A stretch of DNA of 64,000 bases from Phoronis australis. Lineage: Eukaryota; Animalia; Phoronida. The stretch spans positions 325,846 to 389,845 of the forward strand of contig NMRA01000248.1 of assembly GCA_002633005.1 (NCBI GenBank). Direction: 5' to 3'. Both the position numbers and the translations under genes were made by a program. Within the stretch, counting starts at the first letter, position 1; the number at the start of each line of letters is the position of its first letter. Positions 21,309-34,963 of this stretch are shown one piece after another. The notes below the pieces were generated by a model. It was not told where the DNA came from, did not search any database, and worked only from the letters and a program-made list of their open reading frames with translations.

Positions 21309-24300
21309 TCCTGATTTTTCTGTGTTTAATTGAGATGCGTAACTTAAGATTGTGAAAACATTGATCTCACTTGGGGAAAAAGAATAATTCATATAACCTC
21401 AAAGATTTTTGAATAAATGACGAAATACTCTGAAAAAACTAGGTTTCTGGTTTTTGCTATTTTTGAATTCATTTGTTACACCAATTTCATGTTTAGAATT
21501 GTTTTGAAATATTTTGGAACAAAACAAATATTTTCACCGAACCATGGTAATTTTTGAAGTGTTTTGTCGTTTAAAAGTGGTTTGGTGTAATGTTGTTAAC
21601 CTACTTGTAAAGGACTCTCTATCTTGTTTTAGCAACACAGTAAGTTATGGATTCCCAAATATGTCTAAACTTGATATTTTTGTGGCCTGAAATTTTTGGG
21701 TGCTATTTGCTGAAAAAGGCTATTTTTGAGGCTGTAATACTTAAATAATTCGAGAGCCGCCTAAACAATTTAAAACAATATATATATATATGGCATGTCT
21801 TAAGCTACCATTTTAGACTACTGAAGTATTTCTGATGATATTTGTATTTTGCTTTGCTCTGACAGCTCTATTTTGTAAAACAGCATGCAAAGTGTGTTTT
21901 TGTATTCCTTCTCAGAAATGTATGCAACACTGACTTTATGTAATGTTATGTTTTTTCCTGTTTGTCAATGTAAAAATCAATTCCATTGTATATTTTTGTT
22001 GTCATTTTTCACTTAACAATTGTAAAGTAAGGCAGGGGAATCTCAGACCCCTGTTACTTACTCATTGGAACTGGGAAAATAAAGAAATGAAAAATGTCTA
22101 ATTTGTGTGTACTGTGCTATCTGATAACTACTAAAAATAAGGCTGACAGAACACCTTTCATAACCTGAGTCTTTCTGTCTCTCATGTTCTCTATTTCAAA
22201 TTTTGTGGTATTGTGTTTCAGTTGGTGGTTTCATTTCATGTTATAACTCTTTTCTTCTGCAGGCAAAATATAACACTTAAAATTGAATTCCCTTCACTAA
22301 GTATCAAGTACAAAAACTTAATTTATAAAAAATATACTATACAAGTTTCCTTTCCAACGTTGAATATCTGTTGGCGTCACAAAACCCTAAAGAAAATTAC
22401 AGTGCCAACTGGTCCTTCAAAATTTTGACTTCTTCAATTCACTGGTATCTCCACTACTCAATAGTGGAACTGATTCTGTTGTGTCAACTAAACATTCACG
22501 CTCAATGCAATACTGAAAATTAGCCCATTTTTGTTAAAAAGCCATAGAAGAGTCCTGGGGAAATAGTTCACTTTCACAAAATCATGTTCCAGACACAACT
22601 CTTCGTTCCATATTCATAGATATTCTATGTATTTATGACATTTAGAGGATGTTCAGACACTGAAAGAAATAGACATTAGGTCTTAATGAGCATGCCCATC
22701 TTCATAATCATAAGCATCACTCGTCAAGAAACTGTGGAGAATACGTCAACTCAGTCGACATGGAGAGCATGATGTGCTGCTATTGAAAATATTGAGAGTC
22801 CCTTTTGATTACATTCACGAAGCCCGTTTTGAATGAGCAGCAAACAGGGTCATGCTGCACTTGTTTGCGCGACATTCTTGTTACCTCCTACATTTGTCAG
22901 TCTGCAGTATTTCACACCTGCTGTGTACCATTTCATATTTGACTAGCTTTTGCTCTGTGTTGGTATTACTTTGTCATTTTATTTCCAATTGATGAAACAA
23001 GTATTTTCAAAATATCGTTTGTCGTCTCTTGGTTTCTTTACCAATGTTCTGACGATACGAACGGAATGGAATAAAGATTGTTAACAGCAACAAGTGTCAT
23101 GTATCGAACCAATTTTGCATAATCGTAGCTATGTTTAGAAGTTGCCTTACAATGTACTTTTGGCCTATGATAGTAGTGACAGCAATTTTTTGACACAACG
23201 TTTTGACACTCAAGTTTTGCAAATGATATGTCAATGCCAGTTAGCCTTTCGGGCCCTTTCCCCTGGAACAAATCTGAGTGAATTACAAATATTTATCGTG
23301 TAACGTTGTTACAAATTAATTTTTGTTGGTTAATACTTGTGCTCATGAATATGAGCTGATTCGTACGGTACTCAATTTAAGCAAACATCAATATTAATTG
23401 TAACAAAAAATCAGCTGATGAGACTGCGTAAGTGTAAATGATAAACACGGGAAAATCATCCGAAGACGTTTCTGGCGTTAATAACTCATAACATGTCTGA
23501 ATTATCTTGTGAATGTTTTAAATGACATGACAGAGAACAGTAAACACATTTTATTTTTACAAGTCTTAAAAACTCAAAAAAATCAAGCAATTCGACTCAT
23601 TACTTTAGCAAATCTTGAAATGAGGGAACGACCGCTCCGTTAAACCGGAAGTTTTCTATCCTGCGTGTGCAGCGCCCTCTCATCGTTAGTGTTTAGGTGG
23701 CACTGAATAGTTAGGCTGCGGCCGCGGCCAATTTGCACTCCCAAAATATAGAAATTTTGGGGTAGGCCAAGTTTGGGGGCATTTTGTAGGTGGGCATTGC
23801 ACGTAGGCTCAGTGAATGTGGTTTGTTTGTATTTGTGAACATGCTGTGAATAAAAAAAGGCCACTTTCTTGGCTGTAGCTGCACTCTTCTTCAAGATGGC
23901 GGCCCCCAGCTGCAATTGTGCATTGTTGGGTAGCGACCGAGAAATTGGCTGTGATTTTAGGTAGCCCTCAAACAAGCAAGAATTGCAAAAAAACTAGTTG
24001 GTTGACAGTACTTTTGGACCACATTTTCTGAATCGGTAGGAAATTTGCTTTCAGACTCTAAGTTTGGTTTTAGTCGTGCATCGGCAGGGAAGTGGTGTTT
24101 TTCGGGTGAAAAGTGCCGATTTTGCATTTTTTTGCCCTTATTTTTCTTAGTCTAGCTTGGTTGTCAGTGGGAATGAAATGGTCAAAAATACAAGAAAGAA
24201 TAAAGTTTCTGTGCTCATCTGCTGGGCTTTTTATGTGAAATAATTGAAAACATGCCATTCTTTGCATCCTGTTTTTGACAGAGTGAAGAAAAGGTTACAA

Positions 24301-25599
24301 ATCAAGTGATGTGTGTTTTGCTAGGCAAAACCCAGTGAGAACTGTTCTGTGCCTCCTTATGTCCCGTGGTCCGCGACATGCGCAACGCGCTCTAACGGGA
24401 GTTGGCAGTCCCTGTCTATAGTCTATGGTCTCACCGGCAGCGGAATGGAGAATCCTGGCCAAGCACCTTGACCTACTACACATTCTGCTACTGACGTTGT
24501 CACACTGTTGGTGAAAAATTAGCCGCAGGTTACCAGAGCTCATGAACCAGGAAGTTTATGTCCTTGATGAGTGGTGAATTTGTGTGGAAATGAAATCTTT
24601 GAGTATCCGACGTTGAATCAACTCTTTGTTTAAAAGCCCTTTTGTGATAATTATTTATCGTAATCTATTTTGCCCGGGGTACGCCACGAGCTACGTTGCA
24701 GAGTAAAGCAAGATGAGGATTGAAATAACGTCATTACGATGACGTAAGTAGAATAAGAAGACTCTGCAGACGTGGCATGGAAAAAATGCCACCAGCGTGT
24801 ACAATGCCCTTAATGATGGAACCAAAACAATAAACATAAAGGAACTGTATTTTATTCTGAACAAATTTAGCATGTTTTTCAATGACATGTTGATTAATTT
24901 TATGAATTCAACAGCAAAAAGTAAACTTGTATTCTCTAACGAAACTAAAAAAATCACCCGCTCTTAACGCTGCTTCTCGTGACGTATTTGGAGGGGGAAA
25001 GTCAGTGTAGTATTTTAGCGTGCAGTGAAGTGACGTTCTTCAAATTGCCGGAATAAGAGCTTTTAGTGTGAAATGTTTGGTCACCAGGGAAACTTGTTTG
25101 ACCCGAGGCAACACAAAGTGATACCCAGTCGTAGTCATCGTCAGACAAAAATATGTCGGTACAACCACCTCGTATCAACAATTTACACTGACAGTGGTGT
25201 GACTGTAGGCTTTGCTTACTCTAGCCAGCCAGCTTGCTGCCAGCCAATACTCAGCTCTGTAAACTTTTCAAGGGCTGGTTAGTTACCGACTATAGTTGTA
25301 TGAATACTACATGCAAAATCTGGTAGTCAACCGACACTCACTTTGTTCGTTGCAACCGTTTAACTGGAAAACAATCAAGTACCGGTAAAGTCATTTTCTG
25401 GCATAATTCGCCACGTTTTGTAACGAAGAAAAGTCTCGTCCGTTTTCAAAATCATTACGCTCGTGACACGGTGCACGCGCCACTTCCTAAAATTTTGCGA
25501 TCGCCAAAAGCCGACTCAAGAGAACGCGTCACAATATTCGAAGCAGCTCATCGACCGTTACCTTTTCCAACAGTCCAACACCGGTAAATCAGTTAGTTT

Positions 25600-25797
25600 A
25601 CTCATACAAGAGAGTAGCTTTAGTGACACTAATTTTGAGGCAGATTTTATTTGTCCAAAGTACCTGTATATTTAGTAAACAGCTTTGGGCCAAAGCTTGG
25701 GCAACGATCGATGACTTGCGATGGCCATCCTCGTAGAAGACACCTTTTTCGAAGAATTCGAACAACCAGGAGCCATACAAAAAGGCATGGCGAACAT
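25600..25797 (-). mobile_element. THAP-domain remnant of a DNA transposon
   Basis: MPFCMAPGCSNSSKK fits the THAP N-terminal M-x-x-C-x-x-x-G-C-x-N signature; the frame decays afterwards. Confidence 0.5.
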
Positions 25798-27597
25798 TTT
25801 ACAGCGCTGTGGCAAACAGTAAAAAGTAAGAACGGCTGATACAATGATAAAACACGATGTAAACCAGGCTTCACAATATGGCACGCAATATGTGATAACA
25901 AGTCGAGGCCACACCAGCCACGTCACTGACATATCAGCCAGTCAGCGATCGCTGTCGGGACTTCAGTCTTTTGACAATACCTATGAATGAGCTTTTGTTT
26001 AGCGCGCAACTCGAGCAAATGTGAAATTTACTTGTATGTTAGAACCGGTTAACTGCTGCATTATTTTTTACTACAGTCCCCTTTTAGGAACTGTCTGAAA
26101 AGCCTCAAGAAAACACACAAAGAAAAAATAACAAAACAAAAACTTGAAAAAGGTGTAACAGGTAATGTATATTAAGTGGGAAAAATGTTGAATTGACACC
26201 AGTGATAGAGAATGGAAAAAATGCAGAGTACAAACGTATGTCTTGCAAGCGACGAGGTAGGTGGCTGAATGAACTAAACCACGTTACAATGAGCAAAGGA
26301 AATTTGGGTGACCAATCAGGTGTCGAGTAGAGACATGTATGAATACAAAAGCAGACCCTTGAGGCTATAAATAGAGGTTAGTAATGCAAAATAAACCCTA
26401 AGGGTTGATACAAAAATAAAGTGCTAAGTGTCCAAATGATGACCATAAATGTATAGAAGTTAAAATTTGATTTATCGTAATCCGGTATTTTGCCCGGGCC
26501 GGGGTACGCCACGAGCTATTTTGCTGAGAAAAACAAGATGAAGATTGGGAATAATATTATTTATGATGACGTAAGTAGAAGAACTGAAGAAGACTCTGCA
26601 AGATGGGCATGAAAAAAACGCCACAATGGCAGTATCGAAATACTGATATGAGAAAGCGTTCAGAAAATCTACGCTGTTGTGGTTTGCTTGGCCTAAATGC
26701 TCGTATATTCAATGAATGCAACCAAGGTGACAAGCCAACATATATGTCGGCCAAATAAACCGATTTTTGCTCTTCAATCGTCTAGTTTTTCAGCGAACTC
26801 ATTGGTCAATACGAGTCACAACGTTCACTCGATAAATCTCATATGATAAATCATTTCGTCGTGAAGTAAATTTCAATTTCAGCGATATTAGTCTTGGAGT
26901 TCGGGCAAACACGACTGAGTGAATGTCCCTATTTCACACCAGGTGAATTAGGAATAATAGAAATTAATCCTTTATGTCAAAAATGCATGAAGAGCTACGA
27001 TAATTCACTTTTTGCTGTTACCTAATTCCCCGTAGTTTTGAGATTAAACATTCTGGCGGGTAGTTTTCGGTAAGAAGTTTGTGCCTATACCTAGCTGTGT
27101 AATTCAGCTTTTTAGTTTGGCAGTGAGGTGTAATTCATATTCCAATTTGTAGCCTACACTGTTGCAAGCCTTTGGGGAGCATGCGCCTCTTGACTTTGCC
27201 TCCATACCAGCTTTTAAAGCGGCTATAAACCCACTTTCCGCCCGAGATTTTCGCTACTCACCAACCATAATTTTTGTTAGGTTGAAATCCAACCATCCAC
27301 ATTTTTTACATTATGATTGAATTATACATGGTGATGTACATGATAGGTTTTATTCTCTTTAGATATTTTCGGTCTTCAGTGGTTCGCTAGCCCACAATGG
27401 TCCAGCAGACACACAGGCAGCTATTTGGCAAACAGAAGCGACTGCAATATTTTATGTACTATCAGCACTAAGGCAAAAGAGACTGGTTTCAGTGTACATA
27501 ACGGGCCCATAGAAAGGTAAAAATTATTGGGGGGCACAAACCAATTCGGCCTCGCCAAACTACCTCCTTCCTATCGCCACCCCAACCCCCCCCCCCA

Positions 27598-27772
27598 NNN
27601 NNNNNNNNNNNNNNNNNNNNNNNNNNNNNNNNNNNNNNNNNNNNNNNNNNNNNNNNNNNNNNNNNNNNNNNNNNNNNNNNNNNNNNNNNNNNNNNNNNNN
27701 NNNNNNNNNNNNNNNNNNNNNNNNNNNNNNNNNNNNNNNNNNNNNNNNNNNNNNNNNNNNNNNNNNNNNNNN
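27598..27772. other. Assembly gap
   Basis: Run of N following a poly-C tract. Confidence 1.
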
Positions 27773-28351
27773 TTGATGAAACACAGTCGGTAGTACACTT
27801 TCTTGTGGCTGGGGGAAATGATACAGAGTGTGTCCCAAAAATGTGCACACTTCAACGTCTGGAGTTCAAATTCAGCTCCCGTGGATCACTGAGATTCTGC
27901 GCAGGCCCACTGCATAGTTACACTTTATTTTTATCGTGGTGCGTCAGTCAGTGTAGTATGCACAGGAATGGAAAGCAAATGATTCAGTTTTGAAGAAATT
28001 TCGTTGCGCAATACTATTGGAAACTAACAACATCAAGGAAGTGCAAAGACAACCTTTCCCAGTTGATGAGCAATAAGTTTAATTTTATTTATTTAAGTTC
28101 TTAAACTTCTTCGATCTACGGTTTGTGAAATAAAAAACACTAATCTATTTCCTAACTCAATAAACAGCTTATTGTCATTGGAATTGTGAGAAAAATTTAG
28201 GGCACTTTGTAGAGCTGTCCGACATTCATTAATATCTTTGTTTTTGTTTTGTTATTTTTTCTTTGTGCGTTTTCTTTAGGCTCTTCAGACAGTTCTTAAA
28301 AGGGGAATGTAGTAAAAAATAATGCAGCAATTAACCGGTTCTAACATACAA

Positions 28352-28750
28352 CACGGGTGAGAAACAACATGATCGCCGGTCCTCTAAATCGGACTGACTC
28401 ACCCAAAACAGGATCTCCGAGGATCAAATGGGACCGTCGCACCAGAAAATGGGACTGACGCACCTAAAAACATGACCGCCCCACCAGAAAACAGGACCGC
28501 CGGGGACTGAACAAGAGCGCCGGACAATATGTAGTTATCAATGTCTTTGCATGACACCGCTTGTGATTACGTAACCGGTCAGCTTGCTGTGTAAAGACTC
28601 GCCAAAATAAAGCTTGGTAGCACTGCGTTATGGAGCTCCGTTACATCCCCGAAATTTCCCGGGTGTAGTTCTGCTCGTCAACTCGTCGTGAAACATATAT
28701 CAACATGTAGAGCTAGTGAACGGAGCAGGCGCATGCAAAATCTAGGAGTC
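28352..28750. mobile_element. Left-end copy of the CACGGGTGAG Transib-like element
   Basis: Highly similar to 13210-13620; truncated where a Penelope fragment begins. Confidence 0.85.
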
Positions 28751-28995
28751 AATCAAAGAGGCCATAAAAATCAACAGTCAGCGCCCCCTCCTGAAGCGAG
28801 ACAGAGGACTCCACTTACCCCCCCCCCGTGTACTCCAGCATTCTTAACGAGCGTAAGGCCGGAAATCCCTCATTCATCGACAAAGACCTGGCGGACCAGG
28901 TCGAAACGTCTGCCAACAACCAACCACGTCTCTAAGTAAGGGAACATTTTATATACAATACATAAAATGCATGTCAGAAACCAACAATCGAATCC
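28751..28995 (+). mobile_element. Penelope 3' fragment with degenerate hammerhead motif
   Basis: IKEAIKINSQRPLLKRDRGLHLPP(P)VYSSIL (PLE C-terminus, frameshift in poly-C), then TCGACAAA-GACCTGG-CGGA-CCAGGTC-GAAAC-GTC at 28877-28910. Confidence 0.75.
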
Positions 28996-31647
28996 ATGAG
29001 CAATGCGTTTACCTTGATTTAATGACTTAATTCCTTTTTGAACCCGTTACTGAGTTTAAACGACAAACCTTGTACCGAAGTCAAAAAGCAATGCATTTAT
29101 TGTCATTTGAATTGTGAGTAAATGTTTAGGAATTGTCCAAATTTCATCAATGTCTTTGAGAGTTATTTTTTATGAGATAGGCAAGAAGCGTTCAAGTGCA
29201 CTTTGGAGATCTGGTCATAGAGTTTTTTCCATATTCAGGCTTCAAATAACTTCAATGAAACTTCATCATTTCTTAAAATATTAGCTTCTAATTGTCAAAA
29301 ATCATCTATTAACCTGTCGGTTTTCGTAAATGCGCAAACTGCATGTAAATCAGAAACCAACGAATTTGTTTATTAAAACGAAACGTTATAAGCAATTTCC
29401 GCAGGCATGATCGCAGAGTTTTGACGGGTAACCCGGAGAACATGAGAGATGTGGGGCATTCATATTAAGGTGTATTTTTGCTCACGGTTCACGAATTTAA
29501 CTTGAACTCCAAAAAAACCCCGCTGCAATATTTGTTTATTATAGCGAGTATTTTGAGTACCCCCGTTCGACATGTACACAACAGTTCCTAGTAACTACCT
29601 TCAAAAGAAATACTATTCTTGTGATACTATTGGAAAAATGTAACATAATTTGTAACCAACCATCGCAAGTAGCCTTTTTGTGTAATTCACAAATAGTGAT
29701 CTTCACGTTCTTCAAAATTCCAACTTTTTGATGGTGGTCAATCCTATTGCATTTTTCACATTTTTGGTCGTTTGGGTCGAACGTTTTGACATTGCTGTGC
29801 TGTGCACGGTTGTTTTGGCTTTTCGAGGAATGTGGAATCTTAACTTCCCCTCGTGAATACTTGACAGTGTCGGATTTACATGTATAGAGGGAGACCCGAA
29901 CCGCCCCACCGAGAGGGGGTTCCGTCTGAAATCTGACACCTAAGATGAAAGGCTAAGCTTGGAAAAGAGTGACAGTTCATTCCATTTTCGATTGTCCTTG
30001 CAAGAAGTGACTTTCCTCAGCATGAAGGCCAGTTGTACGATTTCACAAAAAACAGGAAAATAGAGATAATCGATTCCAACATTGGGCCCTCTCTTTCGTG
30101 AGCGGCCCCTTAAGAATTTGCCGATCAAAACACAGAAAGGGTGGCCACTTGAATGTCATCAATGGCTCGATCTCTTCAAGAACTGGGCCCCTAAATATGG
30201 AATGATCTATATTTTCAAAAGTCAGGAAAAAATGCGCAGCAATTGATGTTATCTGCAAGGCCATCAATTTTCTCATGACGGCGACATCCCGTTGCTCCCA
30301 ACTTGTTCGATTCTATAGCCCAACAACAAGTTGGGAGGTTTACCCCCGTAGCCAATATCTTACACGACTGATTAACTCCATTCTGGCATTTATGGTTGGA
30401 GAGTCTGCGCTCTTTTGTTCGGCGATAATTGCTCTAATCTCCGATCAGATCGTATCTAGCCTGACTGGTCTGGGCTGATAAAAATGAAAGTTAAGTTATA
30501 ACATATTTGAGCTTAAACCAATAGCATTTCTGAACTCCTCGTCAAATGCTGATGTTCCGTTTTTGAATCACCAAAATCGCCCACTACAACAGAATTTAAG
30601 ACAATCTATTCTGTCCAAACGGAGACCAACGCACTGGGTTTGAATAAGCATTCGGTAATAGCGTGCAACCACCATACGTTTCCTTTGAAGCCTGGGAGAT
30701 AATTGGCCTGCTTGTTATACGGGACAAAAGACTGAGCTGGGCAGTTAACAAAAGAGCCAGATGTTATCGCACGTTCAGCACCCCTCCCGTCTGGAAAAGT
30801 TACTGCACGACAGAACTCTGTAATGTCACAATTTAGAGAAAGAAAAACACGAAAGAATAGAGCGACAGTTGTCTTTGTTATCCGTTGTTAGAGAAGGGCC
30901 AGTGTGGAAAATATAATTTTGCATTTATGCATTTACAAAACTGTCTTATTGAATTTAAAAACTTGAATCCAGTGATTTAATATGCTCGGCTCCGCAAAAG
31001 CTTCGCTTTACGAATTTTTTCGATTTTTCGAAATACATGTGATGTTTGAATGATAAAGTGCACGTTTCAAGTGCGTTTAGACGACCCGCCCACATGTAAG
31101 CCCTATGCAGCAAAAACGGAGACCCTAACACCCTAACAAGAATGTCCTGGCCATGGCCCTCAGGGTAAACCATGCACTGATCTGAGCTGTCAAATGTTCT
31201 CTTGAATTTTCTCTCTTAGTAAACGTATTCGTAGTCTTTCTTTTCTCGACTGTCTCCGGCCCCAAGCTTATGTCGGTTGTTATGGTTTTGTGACCCTGAC
31301 GCCTGCAATTTTTTTGGAGGGGAGGGGTGGGCACCGTACGGGCCCCCTACCCCTCGCTTCCTACGGCCATGCATAAGTAACTATTTTAAACGATCTCAAT
31401 GACATAGCTAGTAGCATGCACTACAAACATGTTGGTGGTCATGATTAATGACAGCTCAGTAAGCCTATAAACAAAGATTTTATAGTGGTACTAAATACAG
31501 AATGAAGCACTGAGCTCCATTTTCACGAAAGACGTCGTTCTAGTCGGTTGGCAACACCGCAGTGTCTGCGACCGAGATCACCATCAGTATGGAGCTAGCT
31601 CAGTTGACGTTGACTGCGGTCTTGCATAAGTCATGTGACTGTTCAAA

Positions 31648-31742
31648 ATGGCTACCTTAGTTCCTGCGCTGTGCCTCCCAGACAACATCGTGTTGGAAAT
31701 TTTTAAGAATTTAAGCATTAAAGAACTGTCCGTTGCTGCAAG
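31648..31742 (+). CDS. FBXL12: F-box/LRR protein (FBXL12-like), exon 1
   Basis: AAAATGG start; MATLVPALCLPDNIVLEIFKNLSIKELSVAA (F-box first half); donor AG|GTAAG, phase 2. Confidence 0.8.
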
Positions 31743-33374
31743 GTAAGACGTGTTTTTTTCCTGCACCACAAAATTTACAATCGTAGGCTACAGGAACTTC
31801 GGGTACTATAAACTGGACTGCTGTTTGTAATGTATAAAATGTAATCTTGTTAATGTTCGTTCATCCCGCGGCGGGCGCGGTAGTCGATACTACTAGGCCT
31901 ATTGTATTTTGGTTCTGCTTTGCAACTAAAACAGGAAACGTTTTTATTTACAAACTGTAGGCAAACTGCTGTTCCTGGGAGTATCATTGCCGCCTCGCTC
32001 GTTTCTATAACTAGTTATTTACTGACAGGTTACTTGTCCTATGGTCCGTGTAGTGCTGTAGTGGCAATTAACTTGTCTTGAAGCCAGTCAATAGTCCGCA
32101 ACGACAAAAAGCCACGAACCAAGGTATCAAACAGTGAAAACAAATGCCTTGATTCATTGGAAAACTTATCTTAACACCTTGAGCTTATTGTGTATGGGCC
32201 TGAAAAACTTGCTCAGGTAGTTCAACCATCCCGAGAAAATGAGCCGACTTCTTGGCATTTTCGGTCTCACTTTAAAATTGCATTACAAAGAGGTAAAACC
32301 TCTACTGAACCAGTGTTCCGAGCTTCCCTAGGGTACAACATTTGCAACAATCCCTTTTGGTGGTCCCTGATTTTGAGAACCAGCTACACACCCACTAAAT
32401 AACATGCACTAGTGACTTCCTGGTTCTCTGTTGCCAAGGTATACCCAACCAATCCATCTGAACTTCACACTGAATTGTTTCATTGGTTTGTCGCTATCAA
32501 GAGCGGCACACCATAGGGGCAGGGGGGCTATAGCCCCCCACTTTTTTCAGTGCTGTGCCGCCCATGGTTGATGGGCGGTGCACCACAGGGGAGTTTATGG
32601 GGGGCTGGGGGATATAGCCCCCTCACTTTTTTCTGTGCTCCGCTGCCCATGGCTATGATTTGCCGTTCTCAAGTTGTACCAGATATTCTGATTTGATATG
32701 ACTGCTTTTTATCGACTGACTCCTCCATGCACTTTTAATGGTTTATCATTTGCTGTGCATAGGCATAATAGGCGTTGTGGGGTAGCCATCGTCATTTATG
32801 TTCTCATTTTTGTGGACCCGGCTCTGAGCTTTAAGTTCTTTATTGTATTTCGCTAAACTTCGCTCTTCAGTGTGCTGGTGTTATTTTTTTATTTCGAAAT
32901 TTGCCCCAAACATCCATACGACTGTTCCCACCCTGGCTACCTACAGACATGTGTGGTTTCCATAATTAGAAATAATATGGTACGGATATTGATGATGGTG
33001 TGTGACTTGACATTCACTAAGTGTCAATAACTAAATAAAGGTTTATCTTTTTTAAAATCTGCTGTGTATATTGGGAGCAAAATGCTGAGTTCATCAACTT
33101 GGTGGTGTTCGTGTGAGACCACCGTGATTACCTCAATGCAGGTTTTCCTTTGACTAAGTTTATACCTTGTTTCACTAGTGACACCTTGTGAATGTTGAGT
33201 TTCTAATTGGCGTGTCTGTTGTCATGATTGACAATAAGCTGCCCACTCAACAATGGAAAAAAGGTCTTCTCGGATGTTCAGCATTGGTGCTGGAGGAGAA
33301 AATTGTAATTTTTTAGATGATAAATCATTTCAGAGTCGTGTAAATTTTTATCTATTTTCATTTTTGAATTTCAG

Positions 33375-33532
33375 TATATGCAAGAAGTGGTATGACCTCT
33401 CCAAAGATAAAAGCCTGTGGAAGAGACTTGATTTATCCCAGAATCCTCTTCCGCTTCAGAAGTTATGGAAGGTTACCCGTTTGTATGCCAACGCACATAC
33501 AAATAGCATTTACATCAAAGGGTTTATGGGAA
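33375..33532 (+). CDS. FBXL12: F-box/LRR protein (FBXL12-like), exon 2
   Basis: TTTCAG acceptor; ICKKWYDLSKDKSLWKRLDLS completes the F-box; donor A|GTGAGT, phase 1. Confidence 0.85.
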
Positions 33533-34135
33533 GTGAGTATTTATGGGCAAGTCTCGACATAAGCGAAGAAATGCTAAAAAATCCGAGTATAAAATTGGCC
33601 TCATTTGTACTGGTGCCGAGCAGACGTTGGGTGTTATTTTGTTTGTTAGCTCCTGTGAACTCACAATTGCGAGCGGAACAAGTGGAAAAAGCTGAAATGC
33701 GAGCTCAAAATTGGATCACTCGTATGAGCGCTGAGCGAAGTTCCTGGTTTTTTTCTGTTTTTTGGTTGCCACTTTTTACAAGTCCAAATTCAGTAATACA
33801 AATGCAAATATGTCATCGAATTTTCGAGTGGACATTTTTGATTGTGTTGAGCGTTCAAAATTATTGTTGTGTTCTAAACGCATGATTCCACTGCTAGTTT
33901 ATGGTTTGATAAAAGTGGTGATTCAAAAATTGAAGGGTCATTTAGTGCCGTTTCTCATTTTTAAACCCATATCAGAAGAGTGGCATTGTCACTTTTTGGC
34001 TGAAAAGTTGCGTGACACGTCGGCTGGAAAGTTTCCTGATATTTCACTGTTGCCTGTATGTGAGCGTCAGACTAGCCAATGAATAAAACATGACAAGAGG
34101 CTAAATAACAAGTGAATCAGTATGGGTGCCACATC

Positions 34136-34275
34136 GGAATTAGAATAACTAGGCAACAATCTGAATTAGGATAACTAGGCAACAATCTGAATTAGCATAA
34201 CTAGGCAACAATCTGAACGGTAAGCAACAATCTGAATTAGGATAACTAGGCAAAAGACTGAATTAGGGTAACAAG
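34136..34275. repeat. ~26-bp minisatellite in the FBXL intron
   Basis: GAATTAGGATAACTAGGCAACAATCT repeated about 5 times, imperfectly. Confidence 0.85.
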
Positions 34276-34963
34276 GGAACTTTTAGTTTTATGGTAACAG
34301 TTCACAGCTCAAAATACGGCTGACAAGTGAAACTTCATATTGTCAAATTTCTTTAGAACAATAAAGGTTAAGAACATTTTAGTCTGTTACTAACTGTTAG
34401 TTCTGTGTAGATGTCACAAATAAGACTTAGTACAGTTGCCATTATGTACAGTAAGGTAATTATTTTTGTGCGAAATAAGTGGAAAATTGTCACATAGTAC
34501 TGATTTTACTGTGGCTACCAAAACTGGCATGGGATCTATGATTTCCTAATATGACAATTTTTAATGGAGTGTGTGGCTTACTCCGACCAAGTTAGAAATA
34601 TTTGTTTTGGTCATCATTCTTAGAATTTCTCCACTCTGCATTGGTTCATCAGTAGATGCCATTGATATTGAAACAAAATGACCTGGGTTTCCGAGTTATG
34701 ACATCTGAATGCAAGTGGAATTTATCCCCATAGTACCACTACACTCCTTAGTACCAGTCTGTCATGTGAGGGAATGGTGTGTATTGTAGCGGAAATATAC
34801 CAAGGGGGACACGCTATTCTATAATTAAGTTTTTCTCGCATTGACAAGTCGTTACTTTTGCCATTGTGAAGGACTAGAAATTTTGTGATTGGGAAGTGTT
34901 TTTTTGTGCGATTTCCTTTTACATGCACTATTCTGTGACCTGTGTTGTATCTTTGTATTCCAG

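Noticed and set aside
23415-23450. CTGATGAG hammerhead core
   Set aside because: No correctly placed GAAA box or stem III.
24290-24440. RING-finger pseudogene fragment
   Set aside because: The Cys pattern appears only by combining several frames; too weak.
27489-27855. ORFs spanning the N run
   Set aside because: Artefacts of the assembly gap.
29712-30478. Possible gene from overlapping short ORFs
   Set aside because: Multiple stops in the best minus frame and no recognisable domain; left unassigned.
33533-33885. C-terminal part of the 210-aa ORF 33253-33885
   Set aside because: Intron read-through beyond the GTGAGT donor; only 33375-33532 is exon.
34136-34275. CRISPR-like array (also considered at 8637-8768, 59930-60101 and 61360-61539)
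   Set aside because: Repeats are contiguous or separated only by TA, with no unique spacers and no cas genes, in a eukaryotic context.
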